The translations under genes were made by a program, and so were the position numbers. Shown one piece after another: positions 13,302 to 27,734 of a stretch of DNA of 64,000 nucleotides. The notes under the pieces were generated by a model, which saw only the letters and a list, made by a program, of their open reading frames with translations, was not told where the DNA came from and ran no database searches. The DNA is taken from positions 9,858,001-9,922,000 of the forward strand of contig OX597835.1 in assembly GCA_951406725.2 (NCBI GenBank), written 5' to 3'. The stretch is from Octopus vulgaris. Lineage: Eukaryota. The first letter of the stretch is position 1, and each line of letters opens with the position of its first letter.

Positions 13302-13520
13302 ATAACTTAGATAACTTAGATTGGTTTCAACCCATGACTAACCCAATGGCACCACCTGGAAAAGTCTTTTAGTTCATTATTTCGGGATACCATGAACCAC
13401 TCGAGCAGAGAGTTGTTGTTGGTTGAGATGTATTCAGGTGTAGGTGGTTTATCCGGTATTTCCTGGAGGAATTTTTCCAGGTACCGTTTGAAAGTTGTGG
13501 GTCTTTTTCTACTTTAATCA
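13302..13520 (-). mobile_element. CR1-like LINE 3' end fragment
   Basis: Minus strand encodes F-K-R-Y-L-E-K-F-L-Q-E-I-P-D-K-P-P-T-P, similar to 16503-16980; ends in CAGGTGGTGC...GAAAC...(TCTAAGTTA)n. Confidence 0.65.
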
Positions 13521-15273
13521 TATGCATCATTAATATTCTTAAAGGAGTTACATGAACGTTACTGTTGACATATGTAGGAAATTTTCTGATATACTAGAAC
13601 ATGTTTTAATTTTATATTTAAGCTGAGGTTGAACCGGTGTCGTGTTTTAATGGCGGTCAAATGAACTTCAAAAATACACAGACGCAACATTGCTAACTTT
13701 CTTATAAAATACCAAACTTTTTTGCTTTCTCAAAAGTAAGCTTAAAATATCGGTGAATTTATTAATAACAGAAATGCTACATTTTTAAACAAAATTTGCA
13801 TTAATAGGATAAAAAGACACAACATTTCCTTAAGTTGAGGGATTGGCGACATAATTTCACGGTGAATCAAAGGACATCAATTTTTGTAAAAACAATAGTA
13901 AATAAAGTCAAGTCTTGTTACTCATTGATAAGTATTTATCAACATTCATTATTATATTTATCGATTTGCCGGACATAAAAGAAAATGTTTATGATAATAG
14001 TGATAATAGGATGTAAATAATATTCATTGTTATGAATAAATTTCACGTTTCCACTCTCTTAGCCATCTTATTTTCTCGTGATTATAACATTTAGCAAGAG
14101 AAAATTTTTTGCGGTGGCGAGGTACTGACGATTTTATTTAGCTTAAAATATTACTTACAGTGTTACATACGCTGAAGATATGAAAACAAAGAACATTCTA
14201 GCAAAGCGCTGTAAAGTATGTTAATATATAAATGAATTTTCTTTAACACTTCTACCAAATTCTCAATGTTCACCCTTACAATGTTACGCGTTACGAAACC
14301 AGAGGTGCGTCAGAAAGTTCAAAACGCCTGACTAAATACTCGCCATTTAATTAAATCTCATTCCAAAATATTTTGATACCTATCCTCTCCAAGTTGACTT
14401 TGCATTTCATCGCTATTACAATAGGTACCTGTTATATATTGAGGTCGGTTCATTTGACGAGAAAGCCTAATTATGGCTTTCTTTTCATTTTTTTGTGTCT
14501 ACGAAACAAAACGAAACAACAAATGAAAGTTTGCTTTGCTCAAAATAACAAAGCTTTTCAACATGTGTCAAATTTAGATAACAGAAATGTCTGCTAGATA
14601 TTGATGAGACCCAAAGTGAAATACGTGACGAAACTTTCGTCTTTCCATCAACTTCAAAATGCTATTAGAATTGAAAAATCTTCGATTTAACTTTAGCCGA
14701 CAAGGAACCAAAATTCCAATGAATGCAACAGCATAAAAAATTCAAATACAGCAAATAAATTCGAAATTGAGTCACTGAAAAATTTTAAACGAATTCGAAA
14801 TCACGACAGGTTAAATGTGTAAAGTATGGTTTTGTATGAATTAGTTTAGATTTCGGAGATCACTTGGAATACCAATGAAAATGTTTCGTAAAAAGGACAA
14901 TGGAAGTAAAATTGGTAGTAATGATGACAATTTCAAATGAAAAGACGAACAAAATAAAATGTTTTCTCCCAGTGAAATTGGAATCCAAGAACAGAGAAAA
15001 TCAAAATTAAAACTCAATACACGGATCTAACTAAATATTGAAGCGAAAATTTAGAATGCAAAGCCACAACCAATTTCTCGCCGACGTTATTTTTTTATAT
15101 TTCAAAGAATTCTATACATACACACAGAAATAGAAATGTATCTACAGACACCGTATCAACATAAAATATACGCATACACACAGAGGCACAGACACACATA
15201 TACACATTCGTAAATATGTGTGTGTGCGTGTATATGTGTGCATACATACCTATATCTAAACATACATATATAA

Positions 15274-15307
<34 letters not shown>

Positions 15308-15461
15308 GTATATAGATACATATGCATACATATACAAACAAATGCGTATATGTGTGTGTGTGTGTGTGTGTGTACACACACATGTATCATATATATACAT
15401 ACATATATCTATCTAAACATATATCAATCGTTCCATACGTACATCCATCCATAAATACATG

Positions 15462-15681
15462 CATACATACATACATACATACATACATACATACATACAT
15501 ACATACATACATACATACGTACGTACATACGTACATACATACATACATACATACATACATACATACATACATACATACATACATACGTACATACATACAT
15601 ACATACATACATACATACATACATACATACATACATACATACATACATACATACATACATACATACATACATGCATGCATA
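15462..15681. repeat. (CATA)n microsatellite
   Basis: Direct reading. Confidence 0.95.
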
Positions 15682-15793
15682 CAAAAATGCCCTGTTGTTG
15701 GTGTTGAAATTCCAATGAAGAAGCCTTGAATCTAGGTTAGAAACCGGCTCTTTCTCTGTCGGCAAGAAATCTTGAAATAAACTGAACCATGAC
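15682..15793 (+). mobile_element. (TACA)n-associated retroposon 3' fragment
   Basis: Three copies in the window share the same 3' end (...GAAATAAACTGAA...GACA) next to CATA/CA repeats. Confidence 0.7.
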
Positions 15794-16502
15794 ATACATC
15801 CATATAATATATGTGTGACTATTTCTAGTTTATTGGATCAGGTGGTCTCGTGCATTCGTTCTGTCCAGGTTAATTTCTCAAGATTGCTATTTAGGCAATG
15901 TGTCACGTATACCAGGTCCCCAAAAATTACAGATATAAAACTGAACTTGTAATCTGCAAATTCCTCAATAGTTCAGCATCGGTGTTCTCTTTTTCACTGA
16001 TCTTCAGCTGTACGTTATCAACCGTTGGGCAGCTGGTTTCGACACCTGAGAACAGTTTCTCTTTCTATACCAAATCATCCCAAAGGTATGTATGTATGTA
16101 TGTATTATGGATCAATTGATGGATGGATGAATATTACATATGATATAATGTCGGTAATCGATCATTTCATTATCATTTGACGGAAAAGTGTTTTTTTCTT
16201 TTCTTTTTTTGTGGACTGAGAGGCTGGTTTATTAGAGACCCCTCCACACATTTTTTGGGACTAGGAGGAGGTAGTGAGGTTATAGAGCCTTGCTCCGGTT
16301 GAGAACAAATAATATAAATTTTGTCCTATTGTAAAACGGAAGGTTACCCGATAAAGCCAAGGGTGGTGAAACTAATAGTTGTAGTATATTAAACAACTAA
16401 TTTTTTAAATAAATAACGATAGGACGACTGGGAAAATATTTAGCTTCTAATTTTGCAAATAACCAAACAAATTAGAAGCAATTAGAATTTATATCATAGC
16501 TA

Positions 16503-16980
16503 AACATTAGCTTCAAGGTTCATCCAAGACTTGGACCACGGGCTATACGTCCCCTGCCCAATTCAAGATCACAACATACATGTACACTGCAACATAATTT
16601 CTTTTCCTCAACAGGCCCTGTCCTATTTAACATTGTCCCGAGGGAGATCAAAGAGGAAAAGGATCCCATCAACTTTAAACAGAGTCTGGATAGATTCCTT
16701 CAAAGAATACCAGATAAGCCACCCATAATTGGATACAACTCACCCAACAAGAACTCACTACTTGAACAAAACTGGATACAACTCACCCGACAAGAACTCA
16801 CTACTTGAACAAAACTGGATACAACTCACCCAACAAGAACTCACTACTTGAACAAAAATTGACTTAAACAAAACTTGACTTAAACAGGATTCGAATAATC
16901 CTATCAGGTGGTGCTATTAAGTTAGACATGGCCTGGACCAATCTTTGGTCGAAACATATCTAAGTTTTATCTAAGTTATC
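16503..16980 (+). mobile_element. CR1-like LINE 3' end with internal 3 x 43-bp tandem repeat
   Basis: Translates ISFKVHPRLGPRAIRP...FSSTGPVLFNIVPREIKEEKDPINFKQSLDRFLQRIPDKP...NSLLE (CR1-type ORF2 C-terminus); tail ends in TCTAAGTT repeats. Confidence 0.75.
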
Positions 16981-17531
16981 AACATGAAATTCAACTCGAA
17001 ACAAAAGTGATAGAAAACACAGTTAAGTTTGTATTTACTGAATATTTAAACGGTCATTTTCCTCTACTGGGTGTTTATGTCCTGATCTGTGATAACCTCG
17101 ATCACCTCGATATGTTAATAAGATGCCAACAAAATGTAGTCGCTACCCTGGCATCACAACCAACTTAGTGACCAATAAACACTCGCTGTTCAACATCCAG
17201 GAGCAGTAATTATGTATTGATAACAATCTGTATAATTATATATAACAAATATAATTATGTGCTTCATAAATATGGTTGATTACATTGATAATATCGATAA
17301 CAATTATGTTAATGATTAATTACAATTATCAGTTATTTGGAATTGGAGAAGACGGTGGAATGTGGTATGAAGTACGTTTTACCAATTCTTCTCCAATGTC
17401 ACACCCTTCACCCTTTACTGCTCGAGGAAGCCAACTCCTTCTTGAATTTACTCTAAATTTTAGTCCAACACATATAAATAAAAAAGCATTTTGTATGATG
17501 TGTCAATGTGCGTGTGTATATATATATACGC

Positions 17532-17852
17532 GTGAGGGCGCGTGGCTTAGTGGTTAAGGCATTCGGCTCATGATCGTAAGGTTGTGAGTTCGATTCTCGG
17601 CGACGCGTTGTGTCCTTGAGCAAGACACTTTATTTCACGTTGCTCCAGTCCACTCAGCTGGCAAAAATGAGTTGTACTTGTATTTCAAAGGGTCAGCCTT
17701 GTCACTCTCTGTGTCACGCTGATTATCCCCGAGAACTACGTTAAGGGTACACGTGTCTGTGGAATGCTCAGCCATTTGCACAGTTAATTTCACGAGCAAG
17801 CTGTTCCGTTGATCGTATCAGCTGGGACCCTCGTCGTCGTAACCGGCGGAGT
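17532..17852 (+). mobile_element. tRNA-derived SINE with family D-type head and core plus family A tail type 1
   Basis: Head and core match 286-628; from TGTACTTGTATTTCAAAGGG onward it matches the A1 tail. Confidence 0.85.
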
Positions 17853-17924
17853 CTTTTTTTTTATATATACACACTCGCAATACACACACGCACACGCACA
17901 AATACATACGTACATTTGTCCCTA

Positions 17925-18495
17925 TATATACATAACGGGCTTGTTTAATTTTCCGTCCACCAAATTCACTCTTTGATCGGCCCGAGGCTATAGTTGAAAA
18001 CACATGGCCCAAGCTCTAACGCAGTGGGACTGAACCCGAAACCATGTAGCTGCGAATGAAGCTTGTTACCAGACAGTCACATTTGTGTGTATGTATCTCT
18101 CTCTTTTACTCTTTTACTTGTTTCAGTCATTTGACTGCGGCCATGCTGGAGCACCGCCTTTAATCGAGCAAATCGACCCCGGGACTTATTCTTTTGTAAG
18201 CCCAGTACTTATTCTATCGGTCTCTTTTGTCGAACCGCTAAGTGACGGGGACGTAAACACACCAGCATCGGTTGTCAAGCAATGCTAGGGGGACAAACAC
18301 ACATACACATATATACATATATACATATATACGACAGGCTTCTTTCAGTTTCCGTCTACTAAATCCACTCACAAGGCATTGGTCGGCCCGGGGCTATAGC
18401 AGAAGACACTTGCCCAAGATGCCACGCAGTGGGACTGAACCCGGAACCATGTGGTTGGTTAGCAAGCTACTTACCACACAGCCACTCCTGCGCCT
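17925..18495 (-). mobile_element. Two adjacent family C SINE copies (degenerate 17925-18082; full length 18100-18495)
   Basis: Minus strand AGGCGCAGGAGTGGCTGTGTGGTAAG...GGTTCAGTCCC tRNA-like head, internal (TG/TA)n, tail GGCGGTGCTCCAGCATGGCCGCAG...GAAACAAGTAAAAGAG. Confidence 0.88.
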
Positions 18496-18539
18496 ATGTA
18501 TATGTATATTATATAACAAATGCAGCTTGGAAGGTGGAT

Positions 18540-18705
18540 GTTAGCCATTCAAGATCACGCGAAGATTGCTAACTTCACTTAAGTTGTAATATTTATTAGC
18601 GACCAAATCGTGGTTCGGGAGATGAAATGTTTGCATTCAAATAGCAACAACAAAAAATGTTTAAGTGAAGTTAGCAGACTTCAGGTGCTTTTGTATGGTT
18701 AATAT
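18540..18705. mobile_element. Degenerate MITE-like inverted-repeat element
   Basis: ~44-bp imperfect arms with a perfect core TGCTAACTTCACTTAA / TTAAGTGAAGTTAGCA. Confidence 0.5.
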
Positions 18706-19319
18706 GTGGCTTCATCAATAGTAATAGTTTCAATACTCGATCTCAGATCAAATCACTTGCTTTTCATGAACACTTCCGAAGCAGATGTATGTTGGGTGGA
18801 GAGGAAAAAGTAGTGGATTTATTTATTGGATATGTCCCTTTTAGAAAATTTGTATTGCGCAGATGTTTCCGGAAGTTAACGATCTTATCCTATATAGCTG
18901 TAAAAGATTAAAAAAAAAACTTTTTGTTATCCTAATCTGTCTCTAAAAGCCCTTCACGAAAATATGGAATAAATGTCATAGAATTCAGAACGCAGTCCTG
19001 TATTTACAATTACTTTGAACGAAAATGTATTTGTATTTATGTGTGTATGTATATACGTATATAATTATATATATGTATAGAATTTAATATAAAATATAAA
19101 TTACAAAGTGGGACAAGAACGCAAAAACACACAAGGAGACGACACAAAAAACCGACGGGTCAATCGAAGCCTCTAATCTTCAGTCGGGAACCGGATCATC
19201 TTAGTGATTTCGGCTGTTTAATCTCGATATCACTCCGATCCGGCCAGCCCCAAGGAAAATCCAAGCCACAGGCATTGGATTTCTTGGAAAGGGGTCGAAT
19301 GTATACGGTTATATATATA

Positions 19320-20516
<1,197 letters not shown>

Positions 20517-20695
20517 CATATGCAAAATAGCTAGTTGTAAAATCTCAAGAGAAGATAGAGTAGTAACTATACTTAGCAGTAAAGTCTGTTGTCACGAAGT
20601 GGGTGTTGAAAGTTACTATTAGTTTAACTCCAGGCAGATTCTCCGTTAGCTGGTTATCGGTGCGACTCTGCATGCCACAGCGATATATATATACT

Positions 20696-20747
<52 letters not shown>

Positions 20748-20749
20748 TG

Positions 20750-20936
<187 letters not shown>

Positions 20937-21106
20937 TACATATTTTCAGTAACGTACAAGTATGTCATTCTTAATGAAACGCATGTAATGGTGAATAATA
21001 CGAAAAGTTTTCTTTTCCAATTTCCTATTCATGCTAAATCCTTAATCCCTACACATTGTCTCTCTCCCTTTTTTCGCTCTCTCACTCTCCCATTCTCTCT
21101 CTCTCT

Positions 21107-21139
<33 letters not shown>

Positions 21140-21143
<4 letters not shown>

Positions 21144-21288
21144 CATTTTCTCCTCTCATCCATTTCTGCTGAAAGACGTTGGCTCGAAACGTCAACGACT
21201 TCTCCATTCTTCCCGAGCGTCAATTTAATACATCTGCTTCTTGTTCCCTCATCTGTCTTCATCTCTTGTTTTCTGTAAATTTGAACTA
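21140..21288 (+). mobile_element. Degenerate hammerhead-type small repeat
   Basis: CTGCTGA-AAGACGTTGGCTC-GAAACGTC; 3' part resembles 61724-61930. Confidence 0.5.
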
Positions 21289-21308
21289 TACATACATACA
21301 TATGTATG

Positions 21309-21340
<32 letters not shown>

Positions 21341-21343
21341 CAT

Positions 21344-21374
<31 letters not shown>

Positions 21375-21486
21375 CATACATATACATACATACATATATA
21401 TATATACATATATATATTATATACTTATATACATACATATGTACATACATACATATATATATACATATATATGTATATATATATAC

Positions 21487-21538
<52 letters not shown>

Positions 21539-21598
21539 AGTTCAAATTTATATATGTATATATATATATATGTATATATATATATGTATATATATATG

Positions 21599-21633
<35 letters not shown>

Positions 21634-22400
21634 TATATACTTATATACATACATACAAGTAAAAATGCGCATGCACACACGCATACATACGTATGTATAT
21701 ATGCGTGACGGAGAGGATGTAACTAAGAGAAAAAGCGACAGCTAGTTTGATCACTGGAGTTAATTTGGTTATCAGATCAATTAAAACAAACTTCAAAACG
21801 ATTCTTCAAACTAACACCACCTGTCTGCAAACAGAAAGAAATTATTTTAATAAGCATTACCATTTACTTTAGTTCCGTCACCCGCGATATCTTGAACGGT
21901 AATCAACAAGAGAATTGGTAGGTTTTCATTTCTTGACTTTAGAAATTGATCGTTGCAACGGGATTTAGTTGTGTTCAACTTACTTTAGAATTGTGTTCGC
22001 CATTTAAATATGCAATTAAAGAACGAGGTGTTGATAAACAAGTTTTCGTGCAATTGTTTCTTACACGAGTGCAAGGGTGCAGTAGGTTATATCGAACAAT
22101 GCCCTTCACTGGTACTTTATTTTATTGACGCAAACTTGTTCTCGGCGGGAATTGAATTAAAAGTGTAGAGTCGAAACAAATGCTACAAAACATTTTGTTC
22201 GACGCATTAACCGTTCTGCCAGTCCACTGTCCTGTTGATTCGGTGAATTTCGTCAAAATAGTATTTTTATTTCGTTGTACCCCGCGAATTGGTTACTATA
22301 GCACTCCCTATCAGCGCAAGTCCTACTCCCCGCAGTCCACAAATGTTATAACAAATTTCATGTAAACCTAAACTTGTCCGTTTTTGTAATTTATAAAGGA

Positions 22401-22797
22401 CTAGCAGTATCGCCCGGCGTTGCTCGGGTTTGTAAGGGAAATAACTATATAAGCATTTTTAGAGATGTAAAGTATAATAGCCATCTCAATATGGTTAACC
22501 ACAAAGGAAGGGGGTGTTACTGTAGCTTTTTACGTTCTGAGATTTAATAAGAAATTTTTAGAGAGTTACTTCCCTTATATATGCCAAAAATGCATTAAAA
22601 ATGGGAAAAATTGATGGTAAATTTTTTTTTAATCGTAGACTCATCGTAGACGCGCGCTAATAGCCAGAAGGGCTCGATATGAATCACGACTATAAGATAC
22701 CCGGTTTTGGTTAAACTGCACCGCAAAATGTGGGAGTAGTTAGGAATCTAAATCGTAGGTGACAGACAGCACACAACCTTACTTTTATATATAAAGA
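22401..22797 (-). mobile_element. Non-autonomous Helitron
   Basis: Plus strand A|CTAGCAGTATCGCCCGGCGTTGCTCGGG...TATAAAGA|T; homologous to 7121-7521. Confidence 0.88.
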
Positions 22798-23399
22798 TTT
22801 TCAACACGAAATACCAAAACACGTTAAAAATGCCAACCAAACTTTATGATTTGCTCTTGTTTTCAGTTCTATATTAAAGATTTGTGGTGAATTTTTAAAT
22901 CGATTTAATTCTACCGCTTTTGTAGCATCACGCCTAATCCAGGTTAACTTTACTATTAATACAAATATATTCAATTTATTGAAGAACCGGACGAAGATCG
23001 GTTGCCAGATTAATTTCCTAAAACATTGCGCGAAATGTGGTATTATGATTAAGGCAATCTTGAATCTCATAAAATGATTTTGCTCGACTGTCAATAAAAC
23101 CTATAACTTCCGTGAACCATTTTATGATTAAAAAGCATCTGCAGAACTTCTATGCGATGTTACATCAATACATTCAAATTAAAAGATTCCACATTTCAAT
23201 TTAGAGCTTCACCAACTTCGCAGAATTTTACTATCGTACTTATTAACTAATGCTATCAAAATCGATTCGCTCATAATGCGAATCGTCTCCCAGACAAATT
23301 CCTTTACATTCAAAATGAGCGCGTCTAGACCGATTCTTGCTACCACACTAACTTTGAACTTACTTTCCGAACTGTTACAACCACATAAATTCTGCTACC

Positions 23400-23729
23400 G
23401 TTGCTGTTGTTGTTGCTGTTGAGCGAACGGTCTTCGTCCCTGAGCTCGCAAGATGGGAGGAGTCCGAAACGCGGTCCTTTGCTATTCTATTCGTAAGACC
23501 CGCAGAAGAGAAAGCAGGTCAACCCCCGACGCCGAGAGCATCGACGGATGGATGAATGCTTATCCAGGCTCAGCGGTTGCGTAGGAAGTCGGGGACAAGA
23601 AACAGGAAGAAAGAGTGAGAGAAATTTGGAGTGAAAGAGTACAACAGTGGTCGCCACCACCCATCCCCTGCTGGAGCCTCGCGGAGCTTTAGGTATTTTC
23701 ACTCAATAAACACACACAATGCCCGGTCT
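23400..23729 (-). mobile_element. SINE family A, tail type 2, 5'-truncated
   Basis: A-family core plus tail TTGTCCCCGACTTCCTACGCAACCGCTGAGCC...GACCGTTCG ending in (CAA/CAG)n. Confidence 0.85.
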
Positions 23730-23772
23730 ACAAAGATAGATTGACAGATCAATCGATCGATCGATCGAATCG

Positions 23773-23821
<49 letters not shown>

Positions 23822-24122
23822 ATATTATTGTAAAATGTGTCCATCCTTTTCCAACTTAAGTTGTTAGTTCAGAGCATTTGACTGCTATTTCTAAAAAAAA
23901 AAAAAAAAAGGAAACGCCGTTTTCTAGTTATATCAATTGAGGTTTCAGCCAAACCTACTTTTGCTGTTTCATCCCGTTCGTTTCGATAAATTAATGATCA
24001 ATAATTTATCGAAAATCAGTTCAATTTAAACCAGACACCACATGTACATTTACAGAGATGCTGGTCAAAGAGCATATTTAATGGCGACATTATCATTATC
24101 ACCATCAGCATCCTCCTCCTCC

Positions 24123-24153
<31 letters not shown>

Positions 24154-25089
24154 AATCATCGTCTTCGTCGTCGTCGTCATCATCATCATCGTCGTCATGT
24201 AAACCTTCACAATTGTCCCCATCGCCACCTTTCCTGTCACTGATAACATTAATGCCATCACCAATACACCCGCCATTACAAACACATTCACCGCCATTAC
24301 TTCCTACAAGCGTTCCGTTCATAACCTCCACTGCGCCACCACCATCACCTCCACCACCACCACCACCATCCATTCAATTTAATTAATGTTATAACCTATA
24401 ATATTGACTAATAACATCATATAAATGATGGAGAGCGAGGAGAGGCTGTGTGGAGATGAGATGATAACCTAACATGTAATATGTAATCAATAATTTCTAT
24501 TGGACAAAAACAGTAAAATGGCTGCTGGGGTTTGTGTTGCGGTTCTCGTGGTCGGTGGTCACTATTACTGCGTGGGGAACCGGTTGGAGTGAGTGCAAAT
24601 GAGCCGAGGGCAGAGGAAGTGGATACAAATACAAGAGATGGAGATGTGGAGAGGAAAGATGGAGAATATGAAGGAATTTCTTTTTATGTAATGGGGGTTA
24701 GTTTGTGGTTTTTCTAAGTTTTTTTATATTTCTGTTTTTTTTTTCTTCTTCGTGTGATTTTGGTTTGATTCTTGGTTTTCGAAATTGTGAATTCGTTGCG
24801 AATGCAAACAAACAAAAAAAAAAATTTACTGATAAATTTTTAATTTAACATCTGTAAAAATTCCTAAATATTAAATTAAAGAAGAGCCGAAATGATGATG
24901 ATCATGGCGATGATCATGATGATGATGGTGATGATGATGAAGATGATGATGATGGCAGCCAACAGCTTTGGAGAGTAGACCCAAATAAATGCAAACTAGT
25001 GTTTGACTGGTCTTTATTTCATCGATAGCAGAAGGATCAAAAGCAAAATAAATTATTGAACGATTATTTCAACTCAGAAAACTAAAGGG

Positions 25090-25150
25090 CTAATAGTAAT
25101 AATAATAGTAATAGTAATAATAATAGTAATAGTAATAATTATTATTTTTA

Positions 25151-25205
<55 letters not shown>

Positions 25206-25246
25206 TATTATTATTATCATTATTCTTCTTCTTATTATTATTATTA

Positions 25247-25343
<97 letters not shown>
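25090..25343. repeat. (AAT)n/(ATT)n microsatellite
   Basis: Direct reading. Confidence 0.95.
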
Positions 25344-25344
<1 letters not shown>

Positions 25345-25349
25345 AATGC

Positions 25350-26603
25350 AACAACAACAAGGTATTAGTCATAAATTCTTTAGCAGTTCCAGCTGTTACT
25401 TACAGTTACAATGTGTTGAACTGGAATATCAGTGAAATAATGAAAATTGACAGAAAATTACGCAAGCTGATGAGTTGTAATAAGACACAATACCCAAAGG
25501 CAGACGTGGAACGTCTTTACGTTTTCAGAGCCAAAGGAAGTCGAGGCTTGGTCTAACTTGATCTCTCTTACAAAATCAGAATTGGGCAATCCAAATAACT
25601 TGAAACATCTAACAACTGGATGCTAAAGCTCGTTGAAAATCAAAAGAGGCGAAAGAAACTTCATTCAGTCATGAAAGAGAGCAAAATATTGGCTACTGAG
25701 TTCGTGCGTGATATCCAGGCTCAACAACCTGAAAGAAGTGCGGCAACCGTTGTTGCAAAGAAGGTGAAATTAATGACAATTTAATAAGCGCATGAACAGT
25801 TGGCTCATAGGTGGGAGCAGAAACCTCTGCATGCCGAATAGCAGGTAAGCTGATGTTGACCGGAAGCTCATCAATCAGTGGCTGTGGAGCTCAGAGTTAA
25901 AGGGAGAGAATTAAAGGTTTCATCTTCGTTGCTCAGAATCAAAGCGTATTGACATGGAACTACCAAACGAATACGAGGAAATGGAGTAAACCCAAAGAGC
26001 CGATTCTGTAACGATGAAGTTGAAACAATGGACAACCTAATCTCTGGGTGTAAAGTTTTAGGGCCAGTGAAGTGTAAACCAAGACATGACAGTGATGGCC
26101 AATATCTCTACTGGTTAACATGTCGGCATTATAAAATCAAAATTGCTGACAAATGGTATAAGCATCTCACTGAGGCTGTAACTGAGGGAGAAGACGTAAC
26201 GATTCTTTGGGTCTGTCCACGACATACAGACAGCTCCATCAAAACGAGTAAACAGTATTTTGTTGTGAAAGATCAAAACAATAAAGTTTGTTTATTGATC
26301 GACATGAGTAGACCGGGCATTGTGTGTGTTTATTGAGCGAAAACACCAAAAGCTCCGCGAGGCTCCAGCAGTGGGTGGTGGCGACCCCTGTTGTACTCTT
26401 TCGCTCCAACTTTCTCTCACTCTTTCTTCCTGTTTCTTGTCCCCGACTTCCTACGCAACTGCTGAGCCTGGATGAGCATCCATCCATCCGTCGATGCTCT
26501 CGGTGACGGGGGTTGACCTGCTTTCTCTTCTGCGGGTCTTACGAATAGAATAGCAAAGGACCGCGTTTCGGACTTCTGAACATAATATCTCGGCAAAAGA
26601 ATC
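25350..26603 (+). mobile_element. Degenerate R4/Dong-like (restriction-like endonuclease) non-LTR retrotransposon, interrupted by a SINE
   Basis: Motifs YPKADVERLYV.RAKGSRGL, WEQKPLH, GFIFVAQNQ, RFCNDEVETMDNLISGCKVL (CCHC-like), RH, ILW...TD, KVCLLIDMS; many stops and frameshifts; adjacent to (ATT)n. Confidence 0.8.
26310..26577 (+). mobile_element. SINE family A, tail type 2 fragment nested in the R4-like LINE
   Basis: Matches 46220-46608 (reverse complement). Confidence 0.85.
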
Positions 26604-26689
26604 TTGGTGTTTCCTGAATGCTTAACTCCTTATACTCGTTGTCGTCAACCCGTTCCATAACTTGCCTGTCTGTTAAGATACTTCCTTCC

Positions 26690-27575
26690 ATTTTATCTAC
26701 AAGAGGGGTAGATCGCCTGGTTTGGATGGTCTGCCCTACGAGCTTTACGCTTACACGCCAGACTTGTTCGACGACTTCTTAGCAAGCGTTACTGCAACTG
26801 GCAACAGAATGGGAGAATTCCCAGTTTTGTGAGTCGAGTCGTGGTGGCGTTGCTGAGAAAAGACCCGAACAAGTGGGATTGTATTGACAACTTTAGGCCC
26901 ATAACTCTGCTGAATGCAAAAGTTCAAAACTTTGGCCAAGGTATTAGCCAGGAGATATGCTTGCCATCAGTATCTGGTAGGGGAGGCACAAGCACGTGCC
27001 AACCCGAAAAGATCCATCCACGACAACCTCCACCTCATACGATAAATCATTGGAAAAAGGGGCAAAAGAACCTGGCCCGAGTGAAGCCCTGACCAATTTA
27101 GCTCAGTCTAAAGCTTTCGATAGGGTCCCCCATCTATATCTGGCGGCAGTCCTCAAGGCAGATAAGAAGGAAGATAAGGGGAGAGAGGGAAGTTTTGTCT
27201 TTGAGCCAGTTTGCTGAAAGGTGGATGAAAGTGGTGAGAATCGTGCGAGTGAACGGGCCCGCCTTGATTATACACCTGTAGTTGGAAAAAAGGAATGAAA
27301 AAAAGGCACCTGTCCTAAAACTCAGGGTACCCATGGTTTTTTATGGGATTTTTTTCCATAAGCAGCTCTCGAACGCCTCCTCCCATTGGAGGATTACACG
27401 TTGTTGATTTCTTTCATTCTTTTTCTTTTCTTTTTATTTTAATTTTGTTAGCTTTGTTTACACGCAAAACCTTCACAACAACAACACACTCACACATACA
27501 CTCTTTGTTTTGTCTTGTACTGTCCATAATGTTTTTCTTAATGTAAATCCTTGTTTTTAATAAAGAAATCATCAT
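26690..27575 (+). mobile_element. Tx1/L1-like LINE fragment (RT start joined by deletion to the C-terminus and 3'UTR)
   Basis: GRSPGLDGLPYELY ... VVALLRKDPNK..CIDNFRPITLLN ... QSKAFDRVPH; the C-terminal part resembles 3062-3297; AATAAAGAA end. Confidence 0.8.
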
Positions 27576-27672
27576 TATCATTAAATTATTAGTAGTAGTA
27601 TTAGTATTATTATTATTATTGTTAGTAGTAGTAGTAGTAGTGGTGGTGGTGGTGGTGGTGGTGGTGGTGGTG

Positions 27673-27729
<57 letters not shown>

Positions 27730-27734
27730 TTGAC

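Noticed and set aside
16731-16859. CRISPR-like 43-bp direct repeats
   Set aside because: Repeats are contiguous with no spacers, lie inside a LINE fragment, and the context is eukaryotic with no cas genes.
19090-19310. Possible permuted hammerhead on the minus strand (GAAA...AUC...CUGAAGA)
   Set aside because: Stem III can be drawn, but stems I and II do not pair adjacent to the core; probably a repeat of unclear class.
22940-23400. Possible Penelope ORF N-terminus (KIGCQINFLKHCAKCGIMIK)
   Set aside because: Only a short, weak motif resemblance with many stops; needs an HMM search.
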